64,000 bases of DNA, taken from NCBI GenBank assembly GCA_964599455.1, contig CAZREA010000001.1:199687-263686 (forward strand), given 5' to 3'. Made by a program: the position numbers and the translations under genes. This DNA is from an uncultured Gammaproteobacteria bacterium (GTDB lineage: Bacteria > Patescibacteriota > Patescibacteriia > UBA9934). The notes below the pieces were generated by a model. That model made no database searches and was not told where the DNA came from. It worked only from the letters and a program-made list of their open reading frames with translations. Below, piece after piece: positions 48,959 to 57,659 of the stretch. The first letter of the stretch is position 1; each line of letters begins with the position of its first letter.

Positions 48959-49105
48959 GAGTCCAGCTACTCAACAACTTGCCGCCCACCACGAGCCGCT
49001 CACTGGCTCACCTCGGTGGGCGGCTTCGTGTTTTAAAACGATTCTTCATCTAACTCACTGTCCCGACTGGCCTACTGGCCTTCTTTTTGCTATCCTCTCC
49101 CCATT

Positions 49106-49948
49106 ATGACGGAAATCCTCAATGGAACCGTGCTGGCAAAAGCCATCCGTGAAAAAGCCAAACAGCGACTCGAGAACGTCGAGCACCCGCCAGGACTCGC
49201 GGTTCTTTTAGCGGGAGACAACTCTGCTTCGCATTTGTACGTTCGCCTGAAAGAAGAGGCGGCGCGTGAAGTAGGCATTTACGTAGAAAAGCATGTTTTT
49301 GGCGAAGACGCGAAAACGCGCACGTTGCAAGAGAAAATTCGTGTTTTAAATAAACGCCCGGATATCAACGGAATCCTCGTGCAGCTTCCTCTGCCAGTGG
49401 GGATTGATACTGACAAAGTCATTAACACCATCGATCCCAAAAAAGATATCGATGGTTTTCATCCCGAAAATCGTAAAGCTTTACTTGCCAATACTCCGCT
49501 TTTAGTTCCACCCGTATCACTTGCGATCATGCGATTGATTCAAGCAACGCGACAACCACTCAAAAATAAAACGGCAGTCATCTTAGGTAATAGTGAAATC
49601 TTTGCCGAACCGCTGATGGAACTTTTGCGTGATGCCGGAGTCAGTAACGCATCATTTATTACACGAGATACACCTGGCTATAACGATATCTGTCGTGTTG
49701 CCGACATTGTTATCGTGGCCGTTGGACAGGCAGGATTTTTAACAAGAAGCATGATCAAAGATTCCGCTATTGTGATTGATGTCGGAACAAATAAAACTAC
49801 GGAAGGAAAAGTTATTGGCGATGCCTCGCCCGACCTCGAAGGTCACGCAGGATTTTTGAGCAAAGTTCCTGGTGGCGTCGGACCACTTACGGTTGCCTAT
49901 CTTTTAATGAATGCCATCAAGGCAAAAGAGGTGCAGGGACGGGAATGA
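49106..49948 (+). CDS. folD: bifunctional methylenetetrahydrofolate dehydrogenase/cyclohydrolase
   Basis: The conserved PGGVGP motif, a Lys in the active-site region and an NAD(P)-binding domain. 280 aa. Confidence 0.92.
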   Translation: MTEILNGTVLAKAIREKAKQRLENVEHPPGLAVLLAGDNSASHLYVRLKEEAAREVGIYVEKHVFGEDAKTRTLQEKIRVLNKRPDINGILVQLPLPVGIDTDKVINTIDPKKDIDGFHPENRKALLANTPLLVPPVSLAIMRLIQATRQPLKNKTAVILGNSEIFAEPLMELLRDAGVSNASFITRDTPGYNDICRVADIVIVAVGQAGFLTRSMIKDSAIVIDVGTNKTTEGKVIGDASPDLEGHAGFLSKVPGGVGPLTVAYLLMNAIKAKEVQGRE

Positions 49949-50085
49949 AATCCAAAAAAACAGCAAAGCTCGAAAAACAATTCTCTGAAAACGAGAGTTG
50001 TTTTATTATCAAACGTTTGTTAAGGTCTTTCGGCGTCACGAAAAAACAACCCATTCCAAAGTCGCAGGAGCGACATGAGGGAAAA

Positions 50086-50973
50086 ATGTCTGAACAAGGA
50101 AGAACGTTTCTCACCCCGGACACGCTCCCGCTACCGTGGGAGCTCGACGAGGGCGTGCTTGGTCTGCTGTCCGTCGACCCAAACGCTCCGCGAGGCTATG
50201 CGAAACTGTCGCGCGCGGAGCGCATGTTCCTCGAAGGCGCCCGACTGACGATCGGGCAGTACGAACGGGAAGATCTGCTACGAGACGGAAAGAGTGCCGG
50301 TGCACATCTGCGAGAACTGCCTCATCTCATTGATCGCAACTGGCTACGCAAGGAAAGGTACCTCGCCTTCCTGGCAACCCTCCGCCTGCTCGACGCCTAC
50401 GCGAAGTACTGTGCGTGGGCCAAGGGCTTCAAGGAGAACGGAGAAAATCCGGCCACTCTGCTCGATGGCGTCCTCCTCCCTTACAACGGAGGCATATCGG
50501 TGCTCTTCCAACGGGGAGTACTCCGGCTCGAAGTACATGGTTCGGGACTGCGACTCTACCGTAAAGGAACGGTGCGGTGGAAAAAAATAACCGTCTCACT
50601 TTCCGAGATGCCACTGCAAGAAGACGCAAGCTACGATGCGTTCCGCGAGGATCCGCTCAGCTGCATCGCACTTCACCATGGTAGACGTACATTCGGAAGC
50701 ATCAAGGCCAACGGAGAGACGAGGCACTGCGGTGGAATCCTGTACCATCGGGATCAGGAACTCGCAACGGCTCTGGAGATAGGAGATGGACGGAGTGTCG
50801 ACAGAGATGCTGCCACGTGGCTGCATCGTGTGTACGAGCTCCCGGAGCCGAAACTGATCGAGACTATCCTGAACCGAGTCATCGGAGTGGTGCAGCAAGA
50901 AGCATGCCAGGACTGGCCACGGATCTCGATCCGCATCACCGACGAGTTCAAAATTTTCACCGCGGGGCGGTGA
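50086..50973 (+). CDS. hypothetical protein (GC-rich, about 58%)
   Basis: GAGGG RBS, then ATG (MSEQGRTFL). The AT-rich 5' extension of the annotated ORF was trimmed. No known domain. Confidence 0.4.
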   Translation: MSEQGRTFLTPDTLPLPWELDEGVLGLLSVDPNAPRGYAKLSRAERMFLEGARLTIGQYEREDLLRDGKSAGAHLRELPHLIDRNWLRKERYLAFLATLRLLDAYAKYCAWAKGFKENGENPATLLDGVLLPYNGGISVLFQRGVLRLEVHGSGLRLYRKGTVRWKKITVSLSEMPLQEDASYDAFREDPLSCIALHHGRRTFGSIKANGETRHCGGILYHRDQELATALEIGDGRSVDRDAATWLHRVYELPEPKLIETILNRVIGVVQQEACQDWPRISIRITDEFKIFTAGR

Positions 50974-51213
50974 TCGGTACACGTACGCACTCATATGTTG
51001 AAAATCTGGCCACTGCCGGATTTGCAGCTGTGGGTGCGTCTTCGTTTTTAAGAAAGTCGATGAGAATGATTTATCGGAAAATATTGTGCATAAAAATTTT
51101 GACAAAATCTTTTTATTTTGATGAACTAGAAATACGCAAGTGGGTCAAACCTCTTGGTACCACAAAACTCCCCATCCAAAATATCTTTTTGGATTCGGGA
51201 GATTTTTGTTTTT

Positions 51214-51290
51214 GGGGCCGTCGGAATAATAGGTAATTCCACTTGCGTTGGTACCAAGAAATGCCAGTTCAAATCTGGTCGGCTCCACCA
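51214..51290 (+). tRNA. atypical AT-rich tRNA-like gene (best cloverleaf gives anticodon UGG, Pro), with encoded CCA
   Basis: Acceptor GGGGCCG/CGGCTCC with a G3:U70 wobble and A73, D-stem GGAA/TTCC with a GG-containing D-loop, anticodon stem CTTGC/CCAAG (C31.C39 mismatch), loop GTTGGTA (U33, anticodon UGG, unusual U37), T-stem GCCAG/CTGGT, canonical T-loop TTCAAAT, CCA. A terminator hairpin follows immediately. Confidence 0.6.
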
Positions 51291-51330
51291 CCTCCGCTTG
51301 GTTGCAAAACTGAGCGGAGGTGCTTCTTTT
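51291..51330. terminator. bidirectional rho-independent terminator
   Basis: CCTCCGCttggttgcaaaactgaGCGGAGG TGCTTCTTTT. It serves the tRNA-like gene (+) and the permease gene (-). Confidence 0.65.
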
Positions 51331-52462
51331 ACAAAACCGACGACAGCGTTAAGCCAAACATCGCAACAAAGGTAAGAAAAACCAAAAATACCGCAAAGCG
51401 AGGAATGAGCAATGTATGTTTTGACAAATGATGAGCATGGCGAGCTTTCTCGTATGCAAGAACAACCAAGATTCCCATACATGATCCCAATACGCCACCA
51501 GTAAAACTTATAACCGGAATAAAATCATGCGCGCCAATGAAATACACAATCAAAGGGACACTCACCGTCAACAGCCATGCCAAACCATAGCGCAAACGAT
51601 AATCATACAAAAACGTATTCATGATGGCGGTTCCAATATTTAAGAATGCCGTAAAGACGGTACACAAACCGATCAATGAACCGATCAACGCTAACACGGG
51701 AGATAGACGTGCAAGGCTTTCTAAAGCTTGCGGCGCCGTCGTTGTGCCAAATACTCCCACGATCGCTAAAGTAAAACACGTGTAAATAAGTGCGACAAAA
51801 AGCGTACCAACAATAATCGCTCGAATAAGATACCGTCGATCTCTTCCTAACACATCACGCATCTCAGGCACGGCTGCCATGCCACTAAACGCAAACAAGA
51901 TTGCGCCCAAAGGAAGCATGTAATTCTCGGGCTGCACCGTAAGAATATTTTCTCCATTGACGTGCATCAATGTATATCCCACTACTCCACCAAGCAACAG
52001 AAAAAAGATGGGAATTAAAAAAGCTTGTAATCGATTGATAAATGAGAGTCCCCCCAGAATCATGCTGGCAGCAAAAAGCCAAAAAACAACTTGATACATG
52101 TACACTTCGCCACCAAGACCTCCTAAAAGCGTGTGCAGAAAACTTCCTCCCACGACAATATAGGCAACCAACGCACCCCACATGCCACCAAAAAAACTTA
52201 GTGACGCAAGGATCTTGCCAAAAGGTCCAAGAATATCACCAATGATGTTCGCAAAATGTGGATGACCTTTGTGTCCCAATGAAAGCTCTGCATACATGAT
52301 GAGCGCGAGCAGATTCATGCCAGCAACAATCACCATTTCTGCGAACGCCAAAGGATATCCCGCTTGCGCAAACACAAACGGCAACCCAAAAATACCCACC
52401 CCAACCACGGTGCCAAGAAGCGGTCGAATGCCGCGCCAAAGAGATTCTTGTGAATGCGTCAT
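51329..52462 (-). CDS. amino-acid permease-like transporter (HAAAP/Trp-Tyr permease-like, 11 TM)
   Basis: About 377 aa from MTHSQESLWRG, with the N-terminal GxGIFGLP motif typical of aromatic/hydroxy amino-acid permeases. Highly hydrophobic throughout. Confidence 0.55.
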   Translation of the reverse strand: MTHSQESLWRGIRPLLGTVVGVGIFGLPFVFAQAGYPLAFAEMVIVAGMNLLALIMYAELSLGHKGHPHFANIIGDILGPFGKILASLSFFGGMWGALVAYIVVGGSFLHTLLGGLGGEVYMYQVVFWLFAASMILGGLSFINRLQAFLIPIFFLLLGGVVGYTLMHVNGENILTVQPENYMLPLGAILFAFSGMAAVPEMRDVLGRDRRYLIRAIIVGTLFVALIYTCFTLAIVGVFGTTTAPQALESLARLSPVLALIGSLIGLCTVFTAFLNIGTAIMNTFLYDYRLRYGLAWLLTVSVPLIVYFIGAHDFIPVISFTGGVLGSCMGILVVLAYEKARHAHHLSKHTLLIPRFAVFLVFLTFVAMFGLTLSSVL

Positions 52463-52540
52463 GGGAAGTAGTATACCCTTTTCTATCCCCAGTTTTTCCC
52501 CTTCCCGATAGCCCCAGAACAAGGTAGCATCTGAGGCGAT

Positions 52541-54040
52541 ATGGAAGGCCGAATTCCTCCGCACAACCTGCAGGCCGAACAGTCCTTTTTAGGAGGATTA
52601 CTGATCGATCCCGAAGCCATGCTAAAAATTGGCGATATTATTCGGGCTGAGGATTTTTATAAGGATTCTCATCGTATTTTGTTTGAAACGATGGTTGATT
52701 TGTACGAACATCATCAACCCATCGATCTTCTTACCGTTGGCAACCGTCTCGAAGAAAAAAATGTTCTCAAACAAATTGGCGGACGCACCATGCTGGTTGA
52801 GCTTACCAACGCCGTGACAACCGCTGCCAACATTGCCCACTACGCCGAAATTATCACTAAAAAAGCGGCGTTGCGCCGTCTTATCCAAGCAGCCAGCGAC
52901 ATTTCTCAACTCGGTTTTGATGAAGCACAAGATGTTGATAGCGTGCTCGATCAAGCCGAGCAACGACTTTTTAATGTTTCGGGAAATTTCCTTAAACAAA
53001 ACTTTGTTCCATTAAGTTCAATCCTAACCGAAGCCTTTGATCGCATCGATGAGCTTCATAAAGATAAAGGCAAATTACGTGGTTTGCCGACGAGTTTTAC
53101 CGGGCTCGACAATTTACTCGCAGGCCTGCAGCCTTCTGACCTTGTTATTCTCGCTGCCCGTCCTTCTGTTGGTAAAACTTCTTTCGCCCTCGACATCACC
53201 CGAAACATTGCGTTAAAAACAAAGAAGCCAGTTGGTTTTTTTAGCTTGGAAATGTCCAAAGAACAATTGGTCGATCGTTTGATTTGTGCTGAAGCGGGAG
53301 TTGATTTGTGGAAATTGCGTACCGGACGATTGTCAGAACATGAAGATGATTTCCCTCGCATCGGCGAAGCACTGGGAAAACTTTCGGAAGCACCCATCTT
53401 TATTGATGATTCTTCGAATGCTTCGGTCATGACCATTCGCACCAAAGCCCGACGCTTGCAAAGCGAGCACGGACTGTCAATGATTGTAGTCGACTACTTG
53501 CAGCTGATGGAAGGACGAGGAAAACAATCGGATAATCGCGTGCAAGAAGTTGCAGAAATTAGTCGTGGCTTGAAACAGATCGCTAAAGAACTTCATGTTC
53601 CCGTCCTTGCGCTTGCACAGCTTGCACGTGCAGTCGAATTGAATAAACCTGCCATTCCTCGTTTGTCGCACTTGCGTGATTCAGGATCTATCGAGCAAGA
53701 CGCTGACGTGGTGATGTTCTTGTACCGTAAAGCAGCCGATCGTAATTACCAACTTGAGGAACTTACTCCGGAAGAAAAAGCTACGGCAGAAGTCCATATC
53801 GCCAAACATCGTAATGGCCCTACGGGAATGGTGAAACTCTTTTGGGATGCTGCGCGTGCCAGCTTCAAAAATCTTGATACGCGATACAATAATCAAATGC
53901 CCGCGAATGCATTGCCGCAACATTCACCTGCGCCGGGATTGCCTGCGCCTTCCTCCGGATCCACCTCTTCAACAAACGCCAACCTCCCTCCCGGCATTCC
54001 TCCAAAAGGATTTGTGCCAAAAAATGTTACACATGGATAA
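52541..54040 (+). CDS. dnaB: replicative DNA helicase DnaB
   Basis: N-terminal LQAEQSFLGGLL, Walker A GKTSFAL, Walker B IVVDYLQLM, an arginine finger and RecA-like C-terminal domain motifs. No intein. Confidence 0.93.
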   Translation: MEGRIPPHNLQAEQSFLGGLLIDPEAMLKIGDIIRAEDFYKDSHRILFETMVDLYEHHQPIDLLTVGNRLEEKNVLKQIGGRTMLVELTNAVTTAANIAHYAEIITKKAALRRLIQAASDISQLGFDEAQDVDSVLDQAEQRLFNVSGNFLKQNFVPLSSILTEAFDRIDELHKDKGKLRGLPTSFTGLDNLLAGLQPSDLVILAARPSVGKTSFALDITRNIALKTKKPVGFFSLEMSKEQLVDRLICAEAGVDLWKLRTGRLSEHEDDFPRIGEALGKLSEAPIFIDDSSNASVMTIRTKARRLQSEHGLSMIVVDYLQLMEGRGKQSDNRVQEVAEISRGLKQIAKELHVPVLALAQLARAVELNKPAIPRLSHLRDSGSIEQDADVVMFLYRKAADRNYQLEELTPEEKATAEVHIAKHRNGPTGMVKLFWDAARASFKNLDTRYNNQMPANALPQHSPAPGLPAPSSGSTSSTNANLPPGIPPKGFVPKNVTHG

Positions 54041-54100
54041 ATTATCTTTTCCCCTTAATCCCTTTACTCCCTTCTCTCCCCTTTCTATACTTCTCCCACT

Positions 54101-54394
54101 ATGTTCAACAAACTCAAACAATTCAAAGACATGCGTGACCAAGCCAAGCAAATGAAAGACATGCTCGATGCTGTTGTGGTCGTAGGTTCTGGTGCGGGTG
54201 GCAGTGTCATGATTACGTTGAATGGAAGTCATGAAGTGCTCGGTGTGAAAATCGCTGATGGCATGGATAAGAATAAAGTTGAAGTGGGAGTGAAGGATGC
54301 TTTTGCTGATGCCAACAAAAAATTACAAACCGAGCTCATGAAAAACATGCAGGCCATGGGAGGATTGGATGCGTTTAAGGGAATGTTGGGATAG
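54101..54394 (+). CDS. ybaB: YbaB/EbfC nucleoid-associated protein
   Basis: 97 aa with the pattern MFNKLKQFKDMRDQAKQMKDM...GGLDAFKGMLG typical of the family. Located upstream of recR. Confidence 0.85.
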   Translation: MFNKLKQFKDMRDQAKQMKDMLDAVVVVGSGAGGSVMITLNGSHEVLGVKIADGMDKNKVEVGVKDAFADANKKLQTELMKNMQAMGGLDAFKGMLG

Positions 54395-54396
54395 AT

Positions 54397-54996
54397 GTGC
54401 GCAAATTCCCTGCTCCTATCCGCAATGCCGCTGCAGCGTTAGGGAAACTTCCTGGCGTAGGGCCAAAAACGGCATTGCGTTATGCCTTTGCGTTATTACG
54501 ATTACCCAAGCATGAACTTGAATCGGTTGCCAAAAGCATTGATGCCCTCAAATCCGTTCAAACATGCAGCATCTGTTTTTCGTATAGCGAAGGGGTGATC
54601 TGTGAAATCTGTAGTGATCGCGAGCGGACAAGTGGCCAACTGTGCGTTGTCGGTGAATCGCGCGATATTGGTACCATGGAAGCGACCGCGGCGTATAAAG
54701 GGAAATATTTTGTCCTTGGTGGCACCATCAGCCCAGTTGACGGTCGGACACCCGAAGCACTCAACGTTCGACAACTCAAAGAACGTATCGAAACCGATAC
54801 AAACATCCACGAAGTAATTCTCGCTTTTTCTCCAGACGTCTACGGAGAAACCACCATCATGTATCTGGCTCGCCTCTTGCGATCATATCAAAAAAAGATT
54901 ACTCGTCTTGCTCGTGGTCTTCCCATGGGCGCTGACATCGAATACGCCGATGAGGTAACATTGTTAAGCGCATTACAAGGAAGAAGTGAAGCATAA
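54397..54996 (+). CDS. recR: recombination protein RecR
   Basis: HhH motif (LPGVGPKTALRYAF), a C4 zinc finger (CSICFS...CEICS), a Toprim domain and a Walker-B-like tail. 199 aa. Confidence 0.9.
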   Translation: MRKFPAPIRNAAAALGKLPGVGPKTALRYAFALLRLPKHELESVAKSIDALKSVQTCSICFSYSEGVICEICSDRERTSGQLCVVGESRDIGTMEATAAYKGKYFVLGGTISPVDGRTPEALNVRQLKERIETDTNIHEVILAFSPDVYGETTIMYLARLLRSYQKKITRLARGLPMGADIEYADEVTLLSALQGRSEA

Positions 54997-55214
54997 GACG
55001 TCATAATTCCCCTCTCTCCCCACGTTTTCCGCTCAATCCCTTCCATCCCCTCTCTATGAAACCTACTTTTTCTTCTACTTCACTTCTTCTTGGTATTCTC
55101 ATCGGAATAATTACCACCTTTGTTCTCCAGGTAGCAAAAGCTGATTTTGATCAAAGTAGGCAACAAGACCAAGACACAAACCAAGATGAGCATCTTCCTG
55201 CATCTGTATAATCT

Positions 55215-55820
55215 ATGCCATGGTGGCGCGTCACTCATTTGCAAACAAGAAACGGGCTCATGCGGCACATTGCAACACCGTTCGGTGAGCGCCTGTTGGC
55301 ATCCGATGCAACCGAACAATCAGGTCCGTACATGAACGGAGTGTGGAGAACGGTTCTCCGTGCGCTTCCTTCTTCTTTTTCTCCTCAAACCATTCTTGTA
55401 TTAGGGGTCGGACTTGGTGGCAATCTTCCGCTTTTACATAAACGCTTTCCCCAAGCTCAAATCACTGCCGTCGAATGGGATGAGCATTTACTCACAAAGA
55501 CACAAGAGCGCCACAAATTTCTTCGTCCTTGGGTTGAATATCACTGTGGAGATGCGGCGAAGTGGATACATGATTCGTCAGATAGATTCGATCTGGTGAT
55601 CGTTGATCTTTTTACCGGCAAAGATGTTGCGTCCTGTGTACGAGACGATCATTTCATATCTGCTCTCGTGCAAAAGACAAAAGCAATTGTCTGTATTAAT
55701 GTGTACACACATCAGGATGTGTTGGAAAAATATGATAATGCTTTTAGCTCTGTGCATCGACAAGCGAGATACTATCAGACTCTTGTAGGCATGTATGAAC
55801 GACCGCTTGTCGCAAGTTAA
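55215..55820 (+). CDS. spermidine synthase-like methyltransferase (second paralog)
   Basis: ILVLGVGLGG, ITAVEWDEHL, DLVIVDLFTG, aligning with the gene at 1484-2101. Confidence 0.55.
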   Translation: MPWWRVTHLQTRNGLMRHIATPFGERLLASDATEQSGPYMNGVWRTVLRALPSSFSPQTILVLGVGLGGNLPLLHKRFPQAQITAVEWDEHLLTKTQERHKFLRPWVEYHCGDAAKWIHDSSDRFDLVIVDLFTGKDVASCVRDDHFISALVQKTKAIVCINVYTHQDVLEKYDNAFSSVHRQARYYQTLVGMYERPLVAS

Positions 55821-56733
55821 CGACGTTTGTCATATTCTCGCCAATCCGCATCATGCTTGGCGATCAGGGTCATGGCACCGTGCGGGACTACCGCCCGATA
55901 CCGCCAATCTTCCGAATGGATATACGGATGTTGTGGTGAATAATCGCCTGTTGTTGTGGAGACGACATTATACGAGGGATGGAGAGGCGCCTGTACTGGA
56001 GGAAAAGGAGATAAGGGGGTCATTTCTCAGCATCGATGAATGGGCACCCGGCATCTGGCCACTCGCATCAGTCAAGCAAGGATGGCAACGCATGGGAAAT
56101 TCTTCTCATCACGGCATTGCCTATCTTCCCACGGACGGGAATTTTCTGGCGCAATGGTCAACGCAAGCAAAACGTCATTTAAAAACATTTCAAAAAGCAG
56201 GGTGCAAACTTCGACTAGGTACATTTGCCGATGTCGAAGGTGACATACTCCACTCACAAGTTCCTCGTGCCATGGGCATGGCACTGGCAAAAATCACAAA
56301 ATATCGCTTGGATATCACACCGGAAAGTGTTGATATCTTAGTCGCAGAAAACGCCGAAGGAAAGCGCATTGGCTGCTTTGTCGCCGGGAATGATGATGCA
56401 CTTCGCGAAAGTATGTACGTACTCGGATATTTTGTCCCTGAGGCCGCCAAACTGCATCCGATGGTCGGGCTCGTGCACTGGTGGTTTATGCGTTCCGTGG
56501 AACGCGGTTATCAAGCCTGTAATTTTGGTTTAATGTGCGGTCCGTACACCAGTCGCTGGGATCCGTGGTGGGGGCTTTCAAATTTCAAAACACATTTTGG
56601 TATTACTCGCGTGCATCTGCCGCCGGGTTTTTGGAAAGTAAGATGGAACGGGTGGAAAAAAGAACAGATTCACACAGATCACAACGCATGCTGCAGATGT
56701 ACGAAATACAAAATCCCCCGTCGCCCTTTCTGA
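55795..56733 (+). CDS. hypothetical protein, possibly FemAB/GNAT-like acyl/aminoacyl-transferase
   Basis: 312 aa. A GLSNFKTHFG segment resembles the conserved G-x-x-x-FK-x-x-FG motif of FemAB-family proteins. It overlaps the upstream gene by 26 nt. Weak assignment. Confidence 0.35.
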   Translation: MNDRLSQVNDVCHILANPHHAWRSGSWHRAGLPPDTANLPNGYTDVVVNNRLLLWRRHYTRDGEAPVLEEKEIRGSFLSIDEWAPGIWPLASVKQGWQRMGNSSHHGIAYLPTDGNFLAQWSTQAKRHLKTFQKAGCKLRLGTFADVEGDILHSQVPRAMGMALAKITKYRLDITPESVDILVAENAEGKRIGCFVAGNDDALRESMYVLGYFVPEAAKLHPMVGLVHWWFMRSVERGYQACNFGLMCGPYTSRWDPWWGLSNFKTHFGITRVHLPPGFWKVRWNGWKKEQIHTDHNACCRCTKYKIPRRPF

Positions 56734-56756
56734 TGTCGGGGCTATGGGGGAATTTT

Positions 56757-57068
56757 TTATGCAATGGATTCGATTTGGATAATCGAGAAAGGCTGACGGT
56801 GACCCACGTTACGGCGATAGCGAACTTTGCGCTTGTATTTGATAACGGAGATTTTGTCGCCGCGACCATGTTCAAGAACTTTCGCTGTTACCTTTACGCC
56901 AGGCACAATCGGCGTACCGACACGAACATTTGTTCCTTCGGCATCAGTGACCAACATAGCCTCGAGGGCCAAGGTGTCACCGGCTTCGAGATCGATTTTT
57001 TCGACCTGAAGTTTTTCACCTTCGGCAACAAAGTATTGTTTGCCGCCGGTGGTAATAACCGCATGCAT
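56757..57068 (-). CDS. rplU: 50S ribosomal protein L21
   Basis: MHAVITTGGKQYFVAEGEKLQVEKID...HGRGDKISVIKYKRKVRYRRNVGHRQPF aligns with bacterial L21. The start is trimmed to the internal Met. Confidence 0.85.
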   Translation of the reverse strand: MHAVITTGGKQYFVAEGEKLQVEKIDLEAGDTLALEAMLVTDAEGTNVRVGTPIVPGVKVTAKVLEHGRGDKISVIKYKRKVRYRRNVGHRQPFSIIQIESIA

Positions 57069-57200
57069 CATAGAAAGACAGGCTGCGCAGGCGCCCCGTG
57101 AAACGGGGACTTTATGAGCCTTGGACAAGCCAATAAGTACTAAACCGCCACTATCCTAGCAAAATATCGTCCGGGCGTCAACCAAGAGGAATATGCAAAG

Positions 57201-57659
57201 TTAGTAAGAAAACTTCAGGATAGAACCCACAAAAAGATCATACTCTTCGGCTTTACCCCCTGGAAGCTCTAATACCGCATCCACAGAAATGGGATTGGAA
57301 GATACTCGTGCAGGCTCGTCAGATCGTGATAAAGGTGGGGGTACATTTTTATCAATGGCGACGATTTTTCCATTCTGAAGCCAAACGATATCAAGCGGGA
57401 ATTGCATACCTTTCATCCAAAAATGTCGAACCTTGGCATCAGAAAAAACAAACAGCATACCATCATAACGAAAATCCCCCTGTGCAATACCAGATAATCC
57501 GCGATGCTGAGCAAGTGTTCGCGAAGCAACCGCAACGGCAATATCTCGCTCCTCATTAACCGTCACTATTCCCGTCGTTGTTTGCGATGACCATAGTGCC
57601 CATCCTGCCAATAAAAAGATTCCCCCGATGATCCCCGCGAAAAGATGTTGTTTTTTCAT
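57201..57659 (-). CDS. DUF192-family protein
   Basis: Start MKKQHLF with an N-terminal TM/signal. The conserved core (FVFSDAKVRHFWMKGMQFPLDIVWL) is typical of DUF192. Confidence 0.55.
   Translation of the reverse strand: MKKQHLFAGIIGGIFLLAGWALWSSQTTTGIVTVNEERDIAVAVASRTLAQHRGLSGIAQGDFRYDGMLFVFSDAKVRHFWMKGMQFPLDIVWLQNGKIVAIDKNVPPPLSRSDEPARVSSNPISVDAVLELPGGKAEEYDLFVGSILKFSY

Noticed and set aside
50596-51105. 169-aa minus-strand ORF at the end of the GC-rich gene 50086-50973
   Set aside because: It is antisense to a better-supported plus-strand gene and extends into an AT-rich spacer with no RBS.
51214-51290. tmRNA, suggested by the GGGGC... 5' end, G3:U70 and GCTCCACCA 3' end
   Set aside because: The two ends are only 77 nt apart and fold as a complete cloverleaf with an anticodon arm. 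There is no room for an mRNA-like domain or pseudoknots.
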